Source: Pontiella sp. (GTDB lineage Bacteria; Verrucomicrobiota; Kiritimatiellia; Kiritimatiellales; Pontiellaceae). From it: a DNA stretch of 64,000 nt. Made by a program: the position numbers and the translations under genes. The DNA is taken from NCBI GenBank assembly GCA_050290185.1, contig JBNKHE010000003.1, forward strand, positions 160,001 through 224,000, written 5' to 3'. Shown one piece after another: positions 19,553-28,700 of the stretch. Every line of letters starts with the position of its first letter. Within the stretch, counting starts at the first letter, position 1. The notes beneath the pieces are model-generated. The model did not search any database. It was not told the origin of the DNA and was given only the letters and a program-made list of their open reading frames with translations.

Positions 19553-21226
19553 ATGAATACAAGATGCTTTAGATTGAGAGGGAAGGACTGGATCGTGGCG
19601 CTCCTGCTGTCCGTTTCTGCATTGCCATGCGCCTCAAAGGCCGAGATGCAGAATGTTCCGGCGCATATCACGTACCGGATCGAGGAGGGCGTCTATGTGG
19701 ACATTGGCTCCGGCAGCGGATTGGAGCGGGGCATCAAGGGTAGCCTGCTGCTGGAGGACGGCCGTTCCTTCACCTTCGAGGTCATGCAGGCTGCAAACTC
19801 ATCCGCCCTCCTGCGGTTCGGGGAGCAGGGCGTCGATCTTGCCGCCGGCAACGAGATCCTGCGGGTCGAGCTGGTATTCGATGACGCGCAACAGAATAGT
19901 GAGGAAACCCCGGTCATCCCCCCGGCCGCCACCACCGCCGCGCCGGAAGAGCCGGAACCTTTTGTGCCGCTCCTGGAGCGCATGAACAAGATGCCGGCCT
20001 TGACGCAGAGCAAGAATGTGAGCCACGGAAATTTCGGCGTACGGCAAAGCATGCAGACCGGTACCGACAACCAGTTGGACCGGATGGTGACGAGGCTGTA
20101 CACCTCGGGCAGCATCGACCGCATTGAAGGCACCGAATGGAGCCTGAAATGGTCGGGCAGTGCGCGCTACCGCACCGGCGATGCCTACGTCGACCACCCC
20201 GACTACCAGAGCCTCCAGCCGATGATCTACAATCTGATGCTGCAGCATCCCCTGGAGGCGGGCGGCTTTGTCCGGCTTGGACGTTTTTTGCCCTACGAAC
20301 TGCCGGGGGTGGGCTATATTGATGGCGGCCAGCTTGAAGTCTCAAACGGAGGCCTCTTGCGCTTTGGCGTATTGGCGGGCTTGAAACCCGGTCGTGTGAA
20401 TCTCGAAGTAACGGCCGACGAGCCGACCGTGGCCGGCTATACCACGCTGGAGGCAGGCAAGCAGGGATCGTCCTACTATTCCGGTACGGCTGGCCTGATG
20501 GCTTCGCTCTATCAGGGAGAGGCCAATCGTTTTGCTCTGTTGTTCGATCAACGGGCCAGTCTCGGGCCGAAGCTGGATGTCATTTCGACCGCGCAAATCG
20601 ATTTTGGTGTCGCCAATACCACCAACAGCGCCACCCAGCTTTCGCGCTTTGATTTGACGGCATCGTCCCGCATTGCCCGCAATCATACGCTGCGGGCGGG
20701 GATGGATCACTGGGAACGGGCCGATACGCCGTCGGAACGCGATCTACTCACGATCGTGGACAACAGCTTGTTTGATTCGGGCTACTGGCGCTACTGGGTG
20801 GGGGCGCGCCATCGTCTGCCGCTCAAACTGAATCTCAACGAAGAAGTGGCCTACACGGTTTCCGACAACACGGATGCCGCCATGCGGTGGCGCGTGGGAT
20901 TGACGCGCACAGGGTTTTTCCAGTGGACCTCCGCCAGCATTTCGTCCACGATCTATAATCTGGAATCGCAGGGGAACAGCGGTTTCGGCGGATTGCTATC
21001 CGCCTATCTGCCGTTCTGGGACAGCCGGCTTTCGGTGCGTCCGTCCGCCAGCATGCGCTGGCTGGACCCGGACAACGGAGGCGATGGGCTTACCATGTCC
21101 TATTACTCGGTTTACCTTGATGCGCGCATAAACCGAAAGTGGCTGCTTTCCGGCGGCTTGACGCAATCCATTGGCGACGGGGCCGACGCCACATCGTTCG
21201 ATCTCGGTTTACGCTACAGCTGGTAG
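19553..21226 (+). CDS. outer-membrane beta-barrel protein (putative porin of a porin-cytochrome complex)
   Basis: Signal peptide, small N-terminal domain, Pro-rich linker, alternating amphipathic strands, terminal DLGLRYSW beta-signal; start uncertain (19520/19547/19553). Confidence 0.75.
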   Translation: MNTRCFRLRGKDWIVALLLSVSALPCASKAEMQNVPAHITYRIEEGVYVDIGSGSGLERGIKGSLLLEDGRSFTFEVMQAANSSALLRFGEQGVDLAAGNEILRVELVFDDAQQNSEETPVIPPAATTAAPEEPEPFVPLLERMNKMPALTQSKNVSHGNFGVRQSMQTGTDNQLDRMVTRLYTSGSIDRIEGTEWSLKWSGSARYRTGDAYVDHPDYQSLQPMIYNLMLQHPLEAGGFVRLGRFLPYELPGVGYIDGGQLEVSNGGLLRFGVLAGLKPGRVNLEVTADEPTVAGYTTLEAGKQGSSYYSGTAGLMASLYQGEANRFALLFDQRASLGPKLDVISTAQIDFGVANTTNSATQLSRFDLTASSRIARNHTLRAGMDHWERADTPSERDLLTIVDNSLFDSGYWRYWVGARHRLPLKLNLNEEVAYTVSDNTDAAMRWRVGLTRTGFFQWTSASISSTIYNLESQGNSGFGGLLSAYLPFWDSRLSVRPSASMRWLDPDNGGDGLTMSYYSVYLDARINRKWLLSGGLTQSIGDGADATSFDLGLRYSW

Positions 21227-21305
21227 GCGCGGATCCATGCAAGGGGGCATCGGATTCCATAGACAGGTGCTTGTCAGAGAATGGGTGTAAATGCGGCCTG
21301 CAGGT

Positions 21306-21372
21306 GTGGTAAGGAATGCTATGGGGTACATCATCAGCCTGTTACAACTGTCATTCCAACGGACGGGAATAG
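21306..21372 (+). pseudogene. relic 3' end of a paralogous multiheme cytochrome gene
   Basis: 21328-21372 encodes TSSACYNCHSNGRE*, versus TSSACYNCHPDGRED* at the end of the 17626-19515 gene. Confidence 0.75.
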
Positions 21373-21435
21373 CCCGTGGCAGACAGGCATCCCCACACAC
21401 GTCTTTGGGGCGTAAACCCGGTTCGGATAAAGCTG

Positions 21436-22653
21436 CTACCAGCCGCCTAGTTCTTCGGCAAGATCGACGGTGATGGTTTCCGCCATGTATTCGAATTTGG
21501 CGGATTGAAGGGCGGCGTCAAGCATGCGTTCGCGGACGGAGATCAGGTCGCGCACTTGCTCCAGCGGAACGTCGGCCAATACTTCGAGATCTTCATTAAG
21601 CTGCCTGATGACTGGGCCCGTTCGCTTTTTTTGCTCGGCAACCTGCATGTAGTAGGCGTTGGCCATGTCCAACATGACGCGCAGCCGGTCTTCAATGATT
21701 CTGCGTTGCTGGTCCTGGGCCGCAATGAACAGGGCTTGCTGATGCTGGTAGACGGCAATGTCGGGATTGCGGGTGCCCCAGGGGAGCACGATCGAGGTCG
21801 ACAGTTCCCATCCGCTGGATCCGTTGTCATAGTCTACGCGATAGGCGGGCTGGAGATACTTGAGGCGGAAGCCATCCTCCGAACGCGCCGCTTCTTCGGC
21901 CAGCTGCATGGCGCGCAAATCGATCCCGAACTGGCGGTAGTCGGAGCGTTGTTCCAAGGCGGTTTTAAGCAGGGACTTGATTTCAAGCTGCGAAGGTATA
22001 TCGATGACCGCCATCGTGGAAAGCTGTTCCAGATCCGCATCGGGTCCAACGACCATTCTGATGCGCCGCTGCGCATCCAGAAAGTTGTTCCCCAGATCGG
22101 CTTGGTCGTTTGCCAGCGCAAGGTAGGTGCTGTAGAGCCGGGCCCGGTCGCTTACGGCTAACTGGTTCAACGTCACTGCTTGGTCGGCCTTTTTCAGATA
22201 GGGCTCGATGAAACGTATTTCGTTTTCAGTCAGCGCAAGCTGTTGCTTGAGCATACGGTAGGTGCAGAAGTCGCGGTAAATTGCGATGACATCCTTCCAC
22301 TCCAATGTCTTGATCCGCAGTTGTTCGGAGCGGGCGGCAAGGGTCAGTTGCTCATGGAGGCGCTTCTTGCTCCAGCGGCCGGGCAGGTAGACCCGCAGGG
22401 CGAGTCCGACATCTTCGTCGCTGATGCTTGGGCGTAGTTCGAGCCCGTAGTCGGAGCGGGAGCGTGCAAAGGTTTTCGACTGCTCCAATTCCGTCGATTC
22501 ATCGATCAGGGCACCTGCGTTTTGGTTGCGGATCGTGTCGTGGAAAGAAGCCTGTTCCATGAGGGCGCTAAGTGTTTGGTCGGATGTTGCAAGAACCGTT
22601 GAGGAGATGCAGCAGAGTGCGGGGAGAACGATGGCGCAAGTGCGGAGTTGCAT
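21436..22653 (-). CDS. TolC-family outer membrane efflux protein (divergent)
   Basis: Signal peptide; helical repeats interleaved with short beta-hairpins (LKTALEQRSD..., LSTSIVLPWG.RN); TAATG-coupled to the HlyD gene. Confidence 0.65.
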   Translation of the reverse strand: MQLRTCAIVLPALCCISSTVLATSDQTLSALMEQASFHDTIRNQNAGALIDESTELEQSKTFARSRSDYGLELRPSISDEDVGLALRVYLPGRWSKKRLHEQLTLAARSEQLRIKTLEWKDVIAIYRDFCTYRMLKQQLALTENEIRFIEPYLKKADQAVTLNQLAVSDRARLYSTYLALANDQADLGNNFLDAQRRIRMVVGPDADLEQLSTMAVIDIPSQLEIKSLLKTALEQRSDYRQFGIDLRAMQLAEEAARSEDGFRLKYLQPAYRVDYDNGSSGWELSTSIVLPWGTRNPDIAVYQHQQALFIAAQDQQRRIIEDRLRVMLDMANAYYMQVAEQKKRTGPVIRQLNEDLEVLADVPLEQVRDLISVRERMLDAALQSAKFEYMAETITVDLAEELGGW

Positions 22654-23666
22654 TATTCCCTCCCAAACCATTGTTCAAAGACGGAGATGTCCGGCACCAC
22701 AACTACTTGTTCGCCGGGCAGCAGATCGCCATCATCGATTTCGATCACAATCCTGCGCCCGCGGAGCAACTGGTCGCTGAATCCCGTGTTGACCGGAAGC
22801 TTGCGGATATCCGCTGTGATGGATTGGACTTCTCCATGGAATATGCTGCGGTTGGCCTCGGTTATGACACGGCAACGTTCGCCGACGGCAAGGTCCACGC
22901 GATTTGCTTCGGGCATGAAGGCAATAACCCGGCGGGTTGAAATATTACTGATGCGTACGACCGGATCGCCGGTTTCAACAATATCGCCCGGCTGGTGAAG
23001 GACTTCGGCAATGACCCCGGTGGTCGTTGCCACCAGACGGCACTGCGACTCCTGAAGCTGCTGGAGGTCGTCGGCATTGAACTGTTCCGCTTCGCTGGCG
23101 GCAATGGCGAGGCGTTCCTCAAGCTGGGCGATCAGATCCGGATAGTGCGGCAACACTTCCTTAATGGCCTCAATTTGCGGTCGGAGATCCTCGGTCTCCT
23201 GCTCCAGTACGAGATGTCTGGCCAGCAGGTCTTTACTTCGTTTCCATCGGGCTTCCAGCACCTTAAGTTCAGCGGCGGTTTTGGCTTGTTCCAGCTTCAT
23301 GCTTTCGAGCTCGTAGCGGATGGAACGGACCTTGTCCCTGGTTTTCATCAGCGAGGCCTGGTCCATCAGCAGATCCGTAGCCAGCGATTCGTTGTCGAGT
23401 TCGCCGATCAGTTGACCGGCTTGGACGGTGTCGCCCATTTCGACCAGCAGGCTCTTGAGCCGGGCGTCTTCCAGCGGCGAAACATATTCATAGATCCGCT
23501 CGGCTGCACCGGGGAACTTGACGCGATACAACCCGCCCGGCAGCAGGACGAGCACCGCAATGGCGGCGGCGATCCATACCAGCCATGGCCATCCGCTGAA
23601 AAACTTGCGGATCAGATGGCGACGTCTTTGCCGCAGGGGAGGACGTTTGAAAGTTTTATTAGTCAT
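22653..23666 (-). CDS. HlyD-family periplasmic adaptor (membrane fusion protein)
   Basis: N-terminal TM, VSP...RLKSLLVEMGDTVQAGQLI lipoyl half, coiled coil, LVATTTGVIAEVLHQPGDIVETGDPVV second lipoyl half. Confidence 0.88.
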   Translation of the reverse strand: MTNKTFKRPPLRQRRRHLIRKFFSGWPWLVWIAAAIAVLVLLPGGLYRVKFPGAAERIYEYVSPLEDARLKSLLVEMGDTVQAGQLIGELDNESLATDLLMDQASLMKTRDKVRSIRYELESMKLEQAKTAAELKVLEARWKRSKDLLARHLVLEQETEDLRPQIEAIKEVLPHYPDLIAQLEERLAIAASEAEQFNADDLQQLQESQCRLVATTTGVIAEVLHQPGDIVETGDPVVRISNISTRRVIAFMPEANRVDLAVGERCRVITEANRSIFHGEVQSITADIRKLPVNTGFSDQLLRGRRIVIEIDDGDLLPGEQVVVVPDISVFEQWFGRE

Positions 23667-23682
23667 GGTGTCTCGTTCTCGC

Positions 23683-24384
23683 TTAAAGTTCCACAGTGGT
23701 GCGTTGCATGACCAGATTGACCTCGGCAATGGTGTCGAGGGCCTCTAGCTTTTTCACGAGGTCAACCTGGTAGGACGGGTCGATCAGCCGTACCTGATAG
23801 GAATATTCCAGCAGGTCGCCCTGAACCGCTTCGCGCATGGCGATAAGCATGTAGGCCGAGCAGCACTCGGCCAGAACCTTGTCTACATCTTCGCGGGCAT
23901 GATCGTCGTCCGCTTCGACAAGAAAACGGAGCATGGCTTCGTAGCGCCGGTGGGTGGCAAACGGTGCCCAGTGGAGCAGGGCAATGACCGAGCTGAGCAA
24001 TATGCATCCCGATACCGCTACGGCAAACATGCCCGCCCCGCAGGCAATGCCCAGACCAAGGGCTGCGAACAGGAACATCATATCGCGCGGATCGCGCACC
24101 ACCGTACGGAAGCGGATCAGCGAAAGCGCTCCCAGTACCCCGATGCCACGGGCAAGGCTGTCGCCCATCGACATCATCACCATACAGGTGATCATGCCGC
24201 CGAGAATGAGCGTGTGGACGAACGATCGCGAATAGGAGAGCGATTGAAAGGTCAACTGGTATAGTTTGGCGATCACCGAGCAAAGCACGAAGCTCAACAG
24301 CATGGCCGATATGACGTGCTGTAGGCTCACGCTCTGCGAGCTGCTTGCCACCGACATTAAATCCAACAATCCTCCCGAATTCAT
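23683..24384 (-). CDS. DUF4956-family membrane protein (MgtC-like TM plus C-terminal ACT-like domain)
   Basis: SYSRSFVHTL, GDSLARGIGVLGALSLIRFRTVVRDPRD..FLF..LGLGIACG signature; AAGGAG RBS. Confidence 0.88.
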   Translation of the reverse strand: MNSGGLLDLMSVASSSQSVSLQHVISAMLLSFVLCSVIAKLYQLTFQSLSYSRSFVHTLILGGMITCMVMMSMGDSLARGIGVLGALSLIRFRTVVRDPRDMMFLFAALGLGIACGAGMFAVAVSGCILLSSVIALLHWAPFATHRRYEAMLRFLVEADDDHAREDVDKVLAECCSAYMLIAMREAVQGDLLEYSYQVRLIDPSYQVDLVKKLEALDTIAEVNLVMQRTTVEL

Positions 24385-24396
24385 AACACTCCTTGC

Positions 24397-25230
24397 TTAA
24401 TCAAACATAAATTCATCGGAAAAGGGAGCGTCCCCTTTTCCGATCAAAAGGTTTTCCATCCAAATAGCCGTCGAGTACTTGCAGTTGCCGCAACGGATCA
24501 GTTCGAAATGCTGTACCAGTTCCACCATCCACGTCGGAACCTGTTCGGTACATTTGACCTCCAGGACCAGCGTGGAATCCTTGCGGTTTCTTACGATACC
24601 GCTGTCCATGGAAATAAAGCGGCCGCCGTCCCCCCAGTTATAGGCATCGAAGACGGGCTGGTAGCAAAGCTGGGAATCGAAGGTGATCCGGGCGTAATGG
24701 TCGAAGATTCCCGTAAACGCTTCGCGGCAGTAGCGGATGTAAACCTTCGGCTCGGCGCCGATTTCCTGCGTCAACCGCACAAAGTCACGGAAGGCTTCGC
24801 GTTCCTTCACGGAGTTCAGGTTCAGCTCGCTGACATGTCGTTTCAGGATGCCGGGCTTCCAGTCGCTAAAGGGAATGCAGGCGCGCGATTTGATAATACG
24901 GTCATAGTACTTACGTTTGATTTCGAGAAATACCGGTGCATCACCGGGAGGCTTTCCATAGGTGCGTACGCGCAATTTGAAGCGGTGGGTGGCTTCCCAT
25001 TCCTTGGCATGGTGCAGCGACATGGAAGGGGAGTCGTACTGGAGCGTGGTAATGTAATACTTTCCGCCGGCAGCTTCGCAGTGCTTGTCTGTTATGCAAT
25101 AAGGCTTGATGAAATCCTTGATCGGTTCAACCAGCGCGCGCGGTATGATATACTTTGCCTCAAAGCGATCCAGCTCCGTTGAAAAATCGGCTCCATCCTT
25201 AATCGCATTGATATGGCTATTCTTATTCAT
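24397..25230 (-). CDS. VTC-domain (CYTH/triphosphate tunnel) polyphosphate polymerase-like protein
   Basis: RFEAKY, TLQYDS, RFKLRVRTY, FLEIKRK...IIKSR, YCREAF, RITFD, VLEVK, P.W, CKY motifs. Confidence 0.9.
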   Translation of the reverse strand: MNKNSHINAIKDGADFSTELDRFEAKYIIPRALVEPIKDFIKPYCITDKHCEAAGGKYYITTLQYDSPSMSLHHAKEWEATHRFKLRVRTYGKPPGDAPVFLEIKRKYYDRIIKSRACIPFSDWKPGILKRHVSELNLNSVKEREAFRDFVRLTQEIGAEPKVYIRYCREAFTGIFDHYARITFDSQLCYQPVFDAYNWGDGGRFISMDSGIVRNRKDSTLVLEVKCTEQVPTWMVELVQHFELIRCGNCKYSTAIWMENLLIGKGDAPFSDEFMFD

Positions 25231-25751
25231 AGATATAGATTCATTGATAGCACTTATATATTCCTAACAACTAGCAAAAAAAGGTTAGGACGAACGAACT
25301 GTGAAATAGATGGATTCTAAACTTCGAATAGGGTTGAAGGTCGATATACCAACGCATGCCCATCCGAATTATGCCGGGTGCTCGCGAAACACGTGCATGC
25401 GCGATACCCGCAGCGGTCCTTGGAATGTGGATTAAAAACTGGAAGGTGAAAGTCTGGATGTCCGCGGAACCCGGAAGCCAACTGCATCAGTCCGAACGCC
25501 CGGTGCCGTTCGGGCCGGATATCGTGCTTGAATAGATCTTGTTTGGCGTCATAACTACCATTGTATAAAGGTCTATTGAATATGTTCTGGTCTAATTCTG
25601 TCTGAATGTTAAGGATTGGATAGGTTGACAAAAGGGATGGTTTAAATAATAAAAAAGGCCATTTGCGATCACCTAATTCAAAGTCTAGGCATATAGATAG
25701 TACAACCTTGAACTGGTTGCTTGGTTAACATTGCTCCAAAAGGTGGAAAAT

Positions 25752-28700
25752 ATGCGCCTATCCATTTTCAGTATCGTATGGCTGACAGTGTGCTCGACCG
25801 TCGTGGCGGGGCCGGTTGTGAACGAATTCATGGCCTCAAATCAGTCAATTTATCCAGACAATTGCGATTTTGACGACTATTCCGACTGGGTCGAGCTCTA
25901 TAATTCCGACAGCACCAACGTACCGTTGACCGATTACTACCTGACGGATGATCTGACGCTGCCGCTTAAGTGGAGGATTCCCGCTGGTGGCGTTATTCCG
26001 GCACACGGCTATTTAATGGTGAGGGCCGATGGCTACGATGCCGGACCGGGGGAAACGCATATCCGCGGCTACTGGGACTGGAACAGCACGTTCACCACCG
26101 TTCGGTATCACTCCAGTTTCAAGCTGAGTGCCGGAGGAGAATCATTGGGGATTTTCCATCTAATCAATCCTGCAGCGGAAAACACGCTGATTTCGGCCGG
26201 ATCGACCTGGAAATATCGTGACACCGGCGGCAATCCCGGTGCGGGCTGGATGGGTTTGACGTTCGACGACTCGGCTTGGAGTTCCGGAGCCGCCAAGCTT
26301 GGCTATGGCGATGGTGATGAGGCTACCGTGGTCGATTTCGGACCTGATCAAAACAATAAATACCCGACCACCCATTTCCGGTATCACTTTAATGTAACAG
26401 ACCCTTCGCTGATTGCCGACGTCCGCCTGAACCTGATGATAGATGACGGGGCCATTGCCTATCTGAACGGAATCGAAATTGCCCGTATACGCGTGGCGGA
26501 CGGGATCACCTATCTTGACTATTCCGGCGGAGGATACGGGCCTGATAACCCAAGCGCGTTCGAGTTGATAGATTATACATCCATGCCTTTCCGGGCAGGG
26601 GACAATGTCCTGGCGGTGGAGGTTCATCAGCATGACGGCAGCAGCAGTGATATGGCATTTGATGCAGAATTGATCGTCTTGGAAGTCGTTTCCACCGATG
26701 TTGTTCTGGTCGATGCAATCACTAATTTCCCTGCGCAACTGACGGATGTCTCCTACGGTCGCGATCCGGCTTCCACCAACGGGTGGTCCTTCTTTGCGGA
26801 GCCGACGCCGGAAGGTACCAATTCGACCGAAGCACTCTCGCAATTTGCAGAGGCGTCCGCCGTGACGGCATCGCGGGACAGCGGATTCTACAGTGGGGCC
26901 CAATCCGTCACGTTGTCCAGTGCCGGCGCCGGCGAGACGATTCGCTATACCCTCGACGGCTCCGTACCCACGTCCGGCTCGACGGTCTATTCATCCGCAC
27001 TGCCGGTCGGCAGCACAACCGTTCTGCGGGCGCGGGCCTTCGCATCCGGCAAGATTCCCGGACCCATGCTAACCCGCTCCATCTTCATTGACGAAAATTC
27101 ATCGTTACCGGTTTTCTCCATGGTGGCCGATCCGGAAACCCTGTTTGGGGATACCATTGGCATCTATTCAAATACCCAGACCTATTACAACATCGGCGGC
27201 CAATTCGGATCGGGGTACTACCCGCTCAAAGGTCGTGAAATACCCATTCGTCTGGAAATGTTCGAAGCAGACGAAACCCCGGCGTTTTCCGTCAATGCAG
27301 GCGCCCGTATCGCCGGAGAGAATATTTGGTCCAAGGCGCAAAAGCCGTTCAATATCTACATGCGCTCGAAATATGGCGACGATTTGATCAACTACCAAAT
27401 GTTTCCGGACCAGCCGGTCGCCACTTTTGGTGAAATCAACCTGCGCAACGGCGGCGATGACTGGGAGGCAACCCTGTTGCGCGATGCCATGATGCCTTCC
27501 ATATTCGAGGGTCAGGCTGATGCCGGGCTGTACACCTATCGTCCGGGTATCCTGTTCATCAATGGAGATTTCTGGGGCATCTACAACATCCGCAAGCGCT
27601 TCGATCCAACCTATTTCGCCAACGAACATCAGCTGTCCGAAAGCGAGTATGACCAGCTGAAGTATGCCAATGATTTTCCGAATAATATTTATGCCAGGTT
27701 GCAAGCCGATGCAGGCTCCACGGAAGCCTACGAATCCTTCCTGGCATTCTGCACCACCAACGACACCACGGATCCGGTGGTTTACAGCCAGATCGAAGCG
27801 CAAATGAATATCGACTCCTTCATCGATTATGTCGTTGGTACGGATTACGCGGTAAACACCAGCTGGCAGCACAATCGGGAATTCTGGCGCGGCAATACAC
27901 CCGGCTCAAAATGGCAGTGGATCATCAATGATTCCGACCGGGGATTTGTCACTGGCAACAAAACAGGATCGATAATCGATAATTTCATTGGGAACTACTC
28001 CCTCTTCCAGCGCTTAGACAACAACACCAACTTTATCAACCGCTTGATCCAGCGCTACGCCGCTCATGTGGGCAGCACGTTTAATCCCCAGCGGGTCAGC
28101 GACAAGCTGGATATCCTCACGGCCGAACAGGACGGCGAGGTGGCCCGCCATCAGGCCCGCTGGCCGGGATCCATGGTCAGTCGTACCGCCCAGATCGCCG
28201 ATATCAAGCAATTTGCCGCGGAGCGACCCTCCTACGCCCTCAGCCGGCTGCAGTTGGAGCTGGGGCTTAGCCTCAGCATGGCGGACCTGTCTGTCAACCT
28301 CTCGCACGTCGACGGCGGACGCGTACTGGTTGCCGGCGTGCCGATGGCGCCCGAATACACCAGTGCCGTTGGCATGTTCCTAAACACGCCATTTGAACTG
28401 ACCGCCGAGCCGGCACCGGGCTACGCCTTCGACAGCTGGAGCACGGGCAGCACGAATAGCACCATTGAAATTACGATGGCCGGTGCCCAGACCATTACGG
28501 CCAACTTTACACCCAACGCGGAAACCATTGTGCCTTCGACCATTTCTTCCGACACCACTCTTACTTCTGCGGGATCGCCCTATTCAGTAACCAATGACCT
28601 CGTCGTGGAAGCCGGCCATGTGCTCACCCTTGGACCGGGCGTCCGGCTGAACATGTCCAAGGGCAAGAGCATCGTCGTGTACGGATCGCTGAATGCGGAC

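Noticed and set aside
25317..25631. 104-aa ORF between the VTC and CotH genes
   Set aside because: No RBS or motif; lies in a divergent promoter region, where I also found no convincing PHO box
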